A stretch of 63,383 nucleotides of DNA, filler included, from Dimorphilus gyrociliatus (GCA_904063045.1; 7 parts of 7 records of this genome joined end to end with filler, not necessarily neighbours in it); one strand, 5' to 3'. Shown: positions 26,505 through 37,343, numbered from the whole stretch's first letter. The notes: a model not told the origin generated them from the letters alone. Translations and numbers: made by a program.

Positions 26505-29149
26505 TTGCTCTATTTGGGAACCAATGGCAATATACTGAGAATTATAATAATTAATAATGAATATATGTTTATTAAAATGTATTAAAAATGAAAAAAGCTA
26601 AGAATGTTATACAAAGTTTAAAAGTTACTAGAATAAAGTATAAAGTATGTTAAGACACTGAGAATTATTTTAAATAGATTAATGCAATCTTCTGCAAGAG
26701 GACAGCAGATGTAATCATTCCCAATTTGTATTCATCCCAACAGCAAATACTTGCTTCTGCTTCTGGATGACACTTTTCTTCTGATACTTCTTTAGCCTTT
26801 TTTCTGATAGAAGTTTCTCTACAACTGGAATAAGACTTGATTCCTGTTTTAAAATATCTATGAGCATATAAAATGACCCTTTTGCAGGAGTCTTTTCATT
26901 TATTCCTCTGTGCCATCCTTCAACATCATTGTTGGTCCTGATGGCAAGACCAAATACAGACCAACAATTTGGTGTCCAAATTGAATGCTTAATCCAAGTA
27001 CTTTCAATGTATTGGAAAAAATCCAAAAATTCATTTCTCTCAAAGCCTCATCTTTTAGCATGTAGAAACTGTTTAGAATGGCTTCATCTGGAAGAAAAGG
27101 TAATGCCAAAACTTGTTTCAGCAGTCCTGCCTTCTTCTTTTCCATATTATATTGTTGTGTGTATCCCAAATTCTACAATAATTTAATAATAAGGCCAACC
27201 ACTGAATTTAAATATAAGCTTACTTGAATTTTTCTGTAGACAGCTTGTGTCCAATGGAAGACACAACCTTGAATAGGAATATTAGGGTAAACTGAGTTAA
27301 GAGCACTCCATATACCTAATTCAAAATCAACTACAAATTTGTCAGGTTGAAAACCATTTGTCAATTTTTGAATCTCCTTTTGATAAGATGAAGTTAATGA
27401 AACAGAATTAAGCAACCAAATCATACTTACTTTAAGAATCATTTTGTACACTTTTTTTTTCTTTGATGTTAAAAAAGCAAATGCTAATGGAATTTGTTTT
27501 GCTTCTCCATCATGTTTAATAAAAGAATGAACAGAAAAAAGCTGTACAAATGGATCCTTCACAGCCTTGAAAGTGCCATCTAAATACCATACTTTACTTT
27601 TACATAATAAGGACAGCTGGTGCTTAGAAGCAAATGGTAAAACTCTTTGATTTCTTACAACAATATCACTTTGAAGAAAATCATCTGGTATAAATGTTGT
27701 ATTAAGTTCAAAATCAATTTCGTTTGGTTCTTTAGGCCTTGATTTTTGCCTATTGATATTGGCTAATCTCCTCAGATTTTCCAGTTTTGGTAGGTTATTT
27801 TCACTTTTATTTAAATTAATTAATAGATCTTCAGCAATTGCTCTTCCAGATGACTTGATGTCTGCATTACAGATTGCTCTCAATTCTTTTCTAGCAGAAA
27901 TATTCACAATAAGGCTTTTCCTTTTGTTATGATTGTGTTCATGTTTACTCTTTATGAAAATATTTCCTTTTGTTGAATAATAACTGGACATTGAATATTC
28001 TTATTTCTAACAGAACATCTCCAGATGGTTCTCTTGTCACTTCTAGATTTTATATTAAAAGCATAGCCATTGTTGGTCAAAATATCTTTCCCTTTTTGAC
28101 TTCCACCAATAATAATATGAAATTTGTCTGAGCTTTCCGTATTCTCATTATTTTCAGTTTCATTTTCATGCAATAAATTTTCCTCCATATTAAAGTATTG
28201 CTAACTTCTTTAAGACTACAATTGTCTTTAACCATATTATTATGAGTACAACTCAGAGCAGCTTTTACAATAGGATCATCATTGATCACATCTGATAAAC
28301 TAATGAGACAATATCTTTCACTCAAACTTTTGCATGAAGAACACTTATCATCTTTCATTTCTGTAATATTAAGCAAAGTTAAATAAATGTATGTTTTACA
28401 TAGTAAATATCACCTTTACAGATATGATGACAAAGTGAACATGTAGTTTCTTGAATCCTGAACTTTTCTGCACAATTATTGCAAAATACTCTTTCAGATT
28501 CTAAATTGAAAATGAAAAAAGTGAATAATTTAATAAAAACATATAAAGAGACAGACCTTTGATGCATTTGGCATGGACATAATCTTGGCAGTCATTGCAT
28601 TTCATCTTTCTCTGTCTGCCATAAAATCTTTATTACAATTAATACAAACAGGTGCCATTACTAAGTTTCTGCAAAAATAAATTCACTTTCAACTATCAAA
28701 TATGGCTGCCTATACAAAAATTATAAATAATAACTCACTGGAAAGAAGTGTTCTTAAAAATGTATAATCTTGTAATATTCAATAAACTAAATCAATACCA
28801 GAGTTTCAATGCTTAAAAAACAAATTAGCCTGAAAATATGCCAAGAAATGCAAAATTTATCTTTCACTTACAGACAAGACAAGGAAATAACTCATTTCTC
28901 TTTTAATAGCATTACATAATTCAGAGAAAACTGGTAAAAACATCACAATACATATCCCTTTCTTCAAAAATATTATTATTTTATTCTATAAATGAAATAA
29001 ACAGCAAAGAGAAAAACATTTCTGATTATAAGTATAAATAATTATACCAAGTATATCTTTAACCAGGCATAGGACGTTTTTTCCCAACAATTAGGACGTT
29101 TTTTCCTGCCCTGGGACGTTTTTTCCCAAGGACGCTTTTTCCCGACCCC
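26505..29149 (-). mobile_element. MULE element 4; spliced PHD-FLYWCH-MULE transposase 26715-28659; left TIR off contig
   Basis: MAPVCINC...CNDCQDYVHAKC; GSQKGKDIL..NGYAF...WRC; WYLDGTF, DFE, GCVFHWTQ, RTNNDVEGWH; GGACGTTTTTTCCC array at 29066-29149. Confidence 0.85.
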
Positions 29150-31917
29150 CTGTGTTACTTCTATTCCCTAACCATAAATTGGGAGCCCCCTAACCATAAA
29201 TCCATGCAAGATAGTTTCAAACTAACCCTCCCCTAAAATGTTATCAGGGTAGGTTATATTTGCAAACAGGTACATTCACACCTGACCCCAAATTACTTAC
29301 TTTGTTGTACTCATAATTGTAGGTATTTCTGGTTTGTCGCAATTTAATATGTCATTTTCAATCATTTACTAAATTATAAAAGTATTCACGCAAATAGAAC
29401 ATTTTAAGTTATCTACTTAAAAAATGAAATTTCTTGTGAAACTTACCAACAGAACACAAGTATTTCATTCAAAGAATGTTTATTGGATAAATGATTTTCT
29501 AGCTTTCAACAACAAGCTGACAGTTAAGAAGACTGATCTACCTACTGGTAAATTGTAAATAGTCGTCCAATAGTTGACAATTCACAGATTACAATTATTC
29601 ACACATGAACAAATGTATAATTTTTGGATAAAGGAAAAGTCTGAAAATAAGGTGTCCATATTTCTTGTTGTTGGTAGGTCAGATAATTGCATAAAATGTA
29701 ACCAGTTTTGGTAGAAATTGGATTGATTCCAACACACAAAAAGAGACATTTGTCATCATATTGCTGCTGTTCTTATATACCACAAATTATGAATAGTCAA
29801 TTGTTTGTGAAAAGTACTGTGTTTTAGACCAACTGCCTAAAATCAGACAATTGCAAATTGTTATGATTTTGAGTAGAAAACCAGAAGAACGTCTCCTAGT
29901 TAGCTCATACACAAAAACAACAAAGGACTTGTCACTGAACAAATGGATCAATATTTTAAAATACTCTGTAACAGTGAAACTGATAACAAATCCTGCCAAT
30001 TTGATGGAATTTCTTTGTCAAACTGGCCCTTCCAAGAGATTCTTACAAATGACATTTTAAACAGTTACCTATCTCTGAATCAGTGTTCAAAAGTTTTCAA
30101 CTCTTTCTAATCTTGCACAATGTTTACTTTATTAAAAGTAGCCATTGTACTATTAAAATTTGGGATTTGAATGCTCAGGTGATTAAGAGCTAGTTGAGTG
30201 CTTTAAGAGATGGATCTGTACTTTGTTGTATTGTAATTGTAGGAACTGCGAGCTCGTCAAATTCAAATTTGTCCTCTCCAATCATTTACCAATTTACCAA
30301 AGTACTCACACAAATAGAACCTTTCAAGTTCTGCTGTTCTAATATACGACAAGTTATTAATAATAATTGTTTGTCAAATGTACTTTGTTTCAGTGTAAGA
30401 CAGTGATAGAGTAAAGCTAAGACACTTGATCATCTAAAATAGTATTATGCATACTATACTGTTCAAAAGTGACAATAAGCTACAAACTACAAATATAAGT
30501 AGAATAGCATAAAATACAACTGCAATTCATGAAATATTGTGTGTATAATAAATAACTTTAATATTCAAGTTAAGTTGTAAAAGTATTTTACTAACTTTTA
30601 AAAAAGTGTAAAGAATAGTGTATATTGTACTAAAGGCGTGTATAGTACTGTATAATACTATTCCAACATTGCTGTCCATTCATCAATGGAATGTAACAAT
30701 TTTGGCCGCACACTCTGAAAAGTGTGTACTCATTAGTAAGCATATGCATACAGTGTATGATAATGAACTACAAGTGTGCATATAAGTTAATTAGGCTTAA
30801 TATTCAAATTAATTGTAAATTAGTATAAATGGTAGTGTATGTTGTATCTTAGGCATTCAGAGTACTGTATAATACTATTCCAATATTTCTTTTCCATTGA
30901 TGAATGGAATGTAACAATTTTGGGCAAACACTATGAAGTGTGTGTACTCCTTGGAAAGTATTTATGTATGGTGCACGTAAACTGCCTTTTGAAAAACCCT
31001 AAGTTGTACAATAGTAATATGTTTTTTTTTAATATTGACAACACAGGATTGGTAATGTCAATCCTATATTTATATTTTTCCTAGATTTATAAATAAAGAA
31101 ACTTGAAACTAATAAAAAAAATATAAATCTCTTTGTTATAATACTCTTTTATTTATTTATTGAAAATATTTCTATTCTTAATCCGATATCTAAGATTGTT
31201 GTCTTGAAAGAAATGATTGTCAGAAATAGGATCTTTGTTTGGGGATTTTGAAGGAGTGGTTAGGGGATCAAATAGTTTTGCCCTAATCCAACAACTGAAT
31301 GAATAAATTAACTTAATATGTATTAATATTAGGAATAATGATTTGAAAATGTTGTTGGAAATTATTAGTTATTTAGAGTTATTAGAGTTATAAAATATTT
31401 ATTTGTTTCATTAGGCCTATTTTATATTATTCAATGAATATTTTATTTATACATTGAATAGAAAAAAGAATACAAAAGAAATAATAAAAAAAGATACAAA
31501 AGAACTTGCTAGAGAACAAATTTAAATAGTGACACAGCTAGTGTAGGCAAAGATTTTTTCATAACTCTTGATATCAGAGTATCCTCTAGAATCCTTTACA
31601 AAAGCACATATAAAAAATATATATATTTTATTTTAGTGTTTTTATAATTAAAAAAAATAACAATAATTTTTAACAGTAGAAATAAGTATATTAAAATTGT
31701 AAGTAGCTCAATAAACATACAAAGAAAAGTGTAATTAATTAGGACAAAACATTTTGAGTCTGAAATAAATCATTATATCACAAAGAAAACTATCCATTGC
31801 CCAATATTGTCAGTAGGAGGCGCCTTGGAGTCTTAGCAAACACTACAACAGCATTTTTATTTGTGACTCCAACAAGTCACAAAAAGAGAAAGTTTGGCAT
31901 TTTTTGAAGAAATACAA

Positions 31918-32526
31918 ATGGAGGTGGGACTTATTAATTCAGCTGGTAGGTACCTGACAGCTGAATTGTTTGGATTCAGAATTAATGCAACTGCAACAAC
32001 TTTGGGAAAGAAACAATGTTGGTTTATTGAACCTGGTGATAATAATGTTTTCTACATAAGATCTCATCTTGGACGATATTTAAGTGGTGATGAAAAGGGA
32101 AATGTCTCATGTACATCAGAAAGTAAAGGACCTAATGAGCAATTTATTATTGAGTATTGTCCAGAAAATTCAGGACGCTGGGCTCTCCGAAATCAGCAAA
32201 CAAGTCGCTATTTTGGAGGCAATGAAGACCTTTTGAAATGTTATGAGAAAGAACCAACTTCCATGGAATGGTGGATTGCACATTTGGCCATTCATCCTCA
32301 AATAAATTTACAACATGTCCATAGAAAGACAGTTGCTTGTCTAAAAGACAACAGCTTGTTATGCATGAAGACCATTCCATGGGGTAGTGATAGTCTTATC
32401 ACCATTGAATGGGAAGGTAAAGATGGAGAAGCAAAATACAGTTTTAAATCAGCTAATAATCTTTATCTTGTACAAAATGGAGATTTAAAGGAAAACTCAT
32501 CACAGGCATGTTTATACAGACTTGAG
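31918..32526 (+). CDS. Fascin (actin-bundling beta-trefoil protein), 5' part only
   Basis: VGLINSAGRYLTAELFGF.INA, RSHLGRYLS.D..G, RWALRN...RYFGG, W..HLAIHPQINL, PWG.DSLIT; ends at a short N gap. Confidence 0.85.
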
Positions 32527-32669
32527 NNNNNNNNNNTTAACTATCAAAGTCACCTTTTTTTGAAAATATAATTAATTATACATATAAAATTAACACTTTT
32601 CTATAAAGTTTTCAAAAGAAAAAGGTTTTTTTTTTGATTTTTTCACCTATTTTTTCATCGTTTTAATTT

Positions 32670-32744
32670 TGTGGACATTTTCTGTCTTTTGTGGACATTT
32701 TCTGTTGTGGACGTTTTCTGTTGTGGACGTTTTCTGTCTGAACC
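32670..32744. repeat. Orphan MULE-type TIR end (GTGGAC[A/G]TTTTCTG x4)
   Basis: Ends TCTGAACC, the reverse complement of the GGTTCAG start of MULE 3. Confidence 0.65.
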
Positions 32745-33100
32745 GTTTTATATAGGTTTGAACTAGACACTGAGGTCTCAGTTCTGATGAAAGTTGAATA
32801 ACTTGCACCAAACTTTCAGAAGATCCCATATTGGAATGCAAGACTAAGAACTTATTGTACAATATAGACCAAGCACACTCCACATCATAAGTCCATTGAT
32901 TTTTCTTTTAATTTGTATTATTGTTTTAAGGTAGTTATTTATTGCAGCACAGGTTCTCCTCACCCTTGTTGAGAATTTGTGATTGTGTATCTGTTGGAGA
33001 TACAGTTACATATTAGGCTACACCAACCCTTAGCCAAATCTTGGTTACAAGTGTGAGAACACTTTTGGGATTACAAGTCTGTACTGACTGGACAAATTCC

Positions 33101-33175
33101 TAACCCCAAGTCCTAACCCTAACCTAACCCTAAACTTTTTGTGGAACCATAATTAACCCTAACCCTAACCTTACC
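33101..33175 (-). repeat. Degenerate interstitial telomere-like repeats (CCCTAA orientation)
   Basis: TAACCCCAAGTCCTAACCCTAACCTAACCCT ... AACCCTAACCCTAACC. Confidence 0.8.
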
Positions 33176-33632
33176 CTGTGTAGGATACAATAGAGGCATA
33201 GTGAATTTAGTATTAATAGAAGTATACAAAGAAGCTTTACATCTGGTTCATAATTGTTGTGCAAAGTATTATAGCATGTTCAATACTACTCAATAGTAAA
33301 AAAGATTTACAATTTGAAAATACAAATATAAAAAATGGTCAAGGACTTCTGTTTCATATGAATTAGAATGGTGCAACAATAGAAATACTTGTATTTCATA
33401 GGCTACAACAGAAAATGTTGGCTTTTTTTAAGCAATATTATTTTAAGTTTATATTAAGATATATTGAAATTTTGAAAGTTTTGTACTGTCAATGTTCTTC
33501 AGGTTTATTTTAAGCACAACTAGTTTAAAACCAGTTTTACAGCACTAGCTTAAAAATGTCAATGACAGAAGACAAGACGTTATTTCAATCTTGAATTTCT
33601 TTGGAAGAAAAACAATTTTATGTACTAAAGAA

Positions 33633-33949
33633 ATGAACAAAAAACTAATTATTGTTTGCTTGGTTGTTTGCCTTTCTGTTCATGCTCTTTCTATCTCTCA
33701 AGCTCCTGCAGGCAATTTGAGATCAATTTTGGAACAAATGGAAAAGAGAGAGGAATTGGAAAACACACTTCAATATGAGTTGAACAAGAAAGAAACGTTA
33801 ACTAAAGTAAGTTACTTATGTTAATGATAACAAGAATTTATTCAATTTCGTTACAGTATGATAAGTGTATAAAACGATGTGGAGTCTTCAAGACGAGATC
33901 TATGTATGAATTGTGCATTCGCAAATGTGTGAGAAAGCATTTATTGTAA
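33633..33949 (+). CDS. Two-exon secreted precursor (88 aa) of a cationic CX3C-X11-CX3C peptide
   Basis: Exon 33633-33806, phase-0 GT-AG intron 33807-33856, exon 33857-33949; signal-peptide-like N-terminus, acidic spacer with KR/KK, C-terminal YDKCIKRCGVFKTRSMYELCIRKCVRKHLL; AATAAA at 33996. Confidence 0.75.
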
Positions 33950-34085
33950 CATTTGCTAACAAAACAATTAATATTACTTTGTAATGGGTTTTGACAATAA
34001 ATTTGAATTTAATTTCAATGGCAACTTGTTTTAATAAAATTGTTGTAAGGGTTAGGTTAGGTCTTGGGGTTAGGGTTAGGGTTAG

Positions 34086-34346
34086 GGTTTTTATAATGTT
34101 GAACTAGATACTAAGATCTAAGTTCTGACAAAAGTCGAATAATTTTTATCGAAAGTTTCAAGAGATTCCAAGTTGGAATGCAAGAGTAAGAACTATTTGT
34201 ACAACTAGGTTAGGGTTACACAGGGGTTTTTATAATGTTGAACTAGATACTAAGATCTAAGTTCTGACAAAAGTCGAATAACTTTTATCGAAAGTTTCAA
34301 GAGATTCCAAGTTGGAATGCAAGAGTAAGAACTATTTGTACAACTA
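34086..34346 (+). repeat. Tandem ~122-bp subtelomeric duplication separated by a telomere-seeded spacer
   Basis: 34086-34207 is nearly identical to 34225-34346; GGTTAGGGTTACACAGGGGT lies at 34208-34227; a diverged relative sits at ~32755-32875. Confidence 0.9.
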
Positions 34347-34421
34347 TGATGAATTTTTTTGTTGAGTATATGTTGTATGGTGATCTATGTTTGAATTTTT
34401 AAATGATTGCCAAAGAATTTT

Positions 34422-34471
34422 TGACCTACCATGGTTTCGTCTTCCCCTTTAGCAAAGACTCATCAGGGTCA
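34422..34471 (-). ncRNA. Minimal type I hammerhead ribozyme
   Basis: Minus strand UGACC-CUGAUGA-GUCUU(loop)AAGAC-GAAA-CCAUG-GUA-GGUCA: intact core, stems I and II, palindromic short stem III, GUA cleavage triplet. Confidence 0.88.
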
Positions 34472-34625
34472 TTTCTGAGTATAGCTTCTCTTACTGCTAG
34501 GGTTAGGGTTAGGTTAGGGTTAGGGTTTGGTAAGGGTTATGGGTTAGGCCACTCACACAACTCTGGTAATGTTTTTGGGAACTGGTTAGCTAGTGTTCCA
34601 GTGTAATACCTAACTTTTACTCAAT

Positions 34626-34818
34626 GGGTTAGGGTTAGGGTTAGGTTAGGGTTAGGGTTAGGGTTAGGTTAGGGTTAGGGTTAGGGTTAGGGTTAGGGTT
34701 AGGGTTAGGGTTAGGTTAGGGTTAGGGTTAGGGTTAGGTTAGGGTTAGGTTAGGGTTAGGGTTAGGGTTAGGGTTAGGTTAGGGTTAGGGTTAGGGTTAG
34801 GGTTAGGGTTAGGTTAGG
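34626..34818 (+). repeat. Terminal telomeric array (TTAGGG)n with interspersed TTAGG
   Basis: G-rich strand runs to the contig 3' end; shorter tracts at 34048-34088 and 34498-34546. Confidence 0.9.
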
Positions 34819-34918
34819 NNNNNNNNNNNNNNNNNNNNNNNNNNNNNNNNNNNNNNNNNNNNTTAATTAATTAANNNNNNNNNNNNNNNNNNNNNNNNNN
34901 NNNNNNNNNNNNNNNNNN
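34819..34918. other. Artificial contig linker
   Basis: N44-TTAATTAATTAA-N44. Confidence 0.98.
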
Positions 34919-35620
34919 TGCTGAACTGTGATTCATAACTTAGCCAAGCTTTTTTCACTGCCCAGTCTTGAATGAGCGCAGAAGCGACGAGTGTCGGAAC
35001 CGATTCATCGTCAGGATGCTTCAGTAAAATGAAGTGCTTACCCGTTTGTGACAGCGACAGTAAAGGCAGCATTTCATACCATTTTTCACCTTGTATGAAG
35101 AGTTCAAGGTTGCTTAAAGCAATCGCGTCTTTAATTGGCATTGGTTGCGGATGATTTGGGGTCTTGACCAAAAGGTGGGCATTTTCAATTTGGTCAATTA
35201 AAGCGCCATAGTACGCGCTATCTTTTAGAGGAAGCGCCACAGGAGAAGGGGTGTTGGTATCCAAAGGAAATTGATTCTTGATCACGGTAATCTCGCACGC
35301 ACACCAAAAATCCAACCAATGCATATAGCACTGACCCACTACTTCTTCGAATAAAGCGTTATCTTCTGATAACGCATTTGGATAGCGATGAATCAGGTCA
35401 CGATAATCCATTAACTCAAACAACATGGAGAGGCTCTTGTTCTTATGTTCCGGAAATAGTGAGACTAATTGGCGCGTACGATAGTCTGTTATCGTTTGGA
35501 AAAGGGACGTGCGCTTGTGTGGGGATAATTACTGATAATGAGGTCAATCAGCAGTCGCTGTTTTTCTTCGATAAGTAAACTACTAGCCGCTAGTGAGCGT
35601 AAAGACGACATTAATTCCAT
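34919..35620 (-). pseudogene. luxM: LuxM/AinS/VanM-family acyl-homoserine-lactone synthase; 1-nt frameshift at 35521-35524; 3' end off contig
   Basis: [64 protein letters not shown] recall Vibrio LuxM; the N-terminus MELMSSL...EKQRLLIDL lies in another frame. Confidence 0.85.
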
Positions 35621-36140
35621 TAAGTTAACCCAGCCTAGGTTGATTGAATTATAAGAAAACGATATCAATGATTAAGACATGAACTGGAGAAAGGATTTGG
35701 CGAAAAACCAATTAATCTAAACAGCAGCAAAGTCATGTGCACTGACGATATTGAAAACAAGTTGCATAACTGTGCGCAAGTCTACTATTTGCGATTACCC
35801 TTCACAACTGACTTTGCCATGCTTAAGTTAATTTATTGATTACTAATATATAAACGCTTGCTGTGACAATTTAGAAACGTAGCCTGTGCCTATGAAATAC
35901 GTTTAACTAATACGTTGTTGTCATTTATTTAAGGCCTCTGACAACCCCAACATAGGGTGTATTTCTGACGCTTTCGAAGTTGACCGCAATCCTACTATAT
36001 TGGCGTTATATTGGCGTGTCGTTGGAACACGAATCATAAAACCGTCATCGAATTTGGTCAGTCATCAGTCTGTCGTCTTTGTGTCGTAAAAATGCAATTA
36101 AATCGAAGTAGCGTTCTTTTTATTTGTGTTGAGAAAAATA

Positions 36141-37025
36141 ATGTTACCTCCCATACGTGCGCTTGTTGCATTCGAAGCGGTGGCTCGGTTAGGTTCGATC
36201 GGTGCTGCCGCTCGCGAATTGTGTGTCACTCAAGCTGCTGTCAGCCAGCAAGTCAAAAGCCTAGAGGCTTTTCTCGATACGACGCTATTTGAACGTAATC
36301 AGCGAGGTGTTAAGCTCACCACTGTTGCTCAATACTATTTTCCCACGGTTTCAGGCTCGTTGACGCACCTCAGATTACAAACTCAATTACTGTTTGATAA
36401 AAGAGAGAACGACGTACTCAGCCTTCGTGTGAATCACACGATCTGTTACAACTGGTTACTACCTAAACTGCCCCATTTTTATCAACATTATCCGTTCATT
36501 CGGCTTGATATTCAGTTGGTCGATTGGCCTTCTACTGAGCCTTGCCAAAATGTTGATATAGAGCTGACCAATGGTAAAGTCGATAGTGATGACACGCGTT
36601 CAGAACGCTTATTTCAAGAGCAGTGGCAATTAGTGTGCAGCCCGCTATTTAAGGAGCAATATCAGGACAAATTATTAGAAATGGATTTTTTAAACATTCC
36701 TGCGATACAAATAAAAGGATACCAAGAAAGCTGGATGCAATGGCTTAGCCACAATAAATTGGATGTGGTTTTACCTAACGTCACACTAGAGATTAGTAAC
36801 TCACTTCACGCCGTCGAAGCCGCTAAGCAGGGAGTTGGTGTGCTTTTGGTGCGTTCATTAGCCGTCGCTAAACAGCTTGAACATCGAGAGCTTGTATTAG
36901 CTATCAATGCCTCTATGCCGGCTGAATCGGCACATTACCTCATCACGAAAAATAATAGAGATGCCAAAACTAACTTTTTTTGCGACTGGTTATCCCAACA
37001 AAGAGACAAAATAAAACAGGGGTAA
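36141..37025 (+). CDS. LysR-family transcriptional regulator (GcvA-like)
   Basis: MLPPIRALVAFEAVARLGSIGAAARELCVTQAAVSQQVKSLE HTH; WLLPKL..F...YP substrate-binding domain. Confidence 0.93.
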   Translation: MLPPIRALVAFEAVARLGSIGAAARELCVTQAAVSQQVKSLEAFLDTTLFERNQRGVKLTTVAQYYFPTVSGSLTHLRLQTQLLFDKRENDVLSLRVNHTICYNWLLPKLPHFYQHYPFIRLDIQLVDWPSTEPCQNVDIELTNGKVDSDDTRSERLFQEQWQLVCSPLFKEQYQDKLLEMDFLNIPAIQIKGYQESWMQWLSHNKLDVVLPNVTLEISNSLHAVEAAKQGVGVLLVRSLAVAKQLEHRELVLAINASMPAESAHYLITKNNRDAKTNFFCDWLSQQRDKIKQG

Positions 37026-37343
37026 AATAAAACAGAGATACGATGGTTTAGCTGCTCTTTTACATTGCCGTCTATATGGTGCTACGCCACGCTTTACGTC
37101 TGAATTAATAGTTAAAAAATACATTGGCCTTGCGCGCTCTTACCTCGGATGAAGCTGGCTAACCCTAGCATTCATTTGGCAGGAGAGCCTTGTTAAAAAC
37201 ACTGATTTTCGGGGTGAATTTATTAAGTGATATTAGCTAAGTTAGTTAGAAAATCTAATGGTACAACCCTTTGTTTTATCATATATGGGCGGTTAAATGG
37301 CAGTCATGCTTATCCCTCATCACTCATAGTTAAAGGTATGTAC

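Noticed and set aside
29500-30420. Weak internal duplication suggesting a decayed repeat-protein gene
   Set aside because: Many stops and no assignable family.
32780-32830. CTGATGA followed by an AAGTT/AACTT stem as a third hammerhead
   Set aside because: No GAAA core or stem III/NUH after the stem. Other CTGATGA hits noticed (4053, 10968, 25573) also lack the fold.
37030-37340. Riboswitch in the LysR-phosphoesterase intergenic region
   Set aside because: GGAGAG is present but no other conserved glycine- or other riboswitch elements were recognised.
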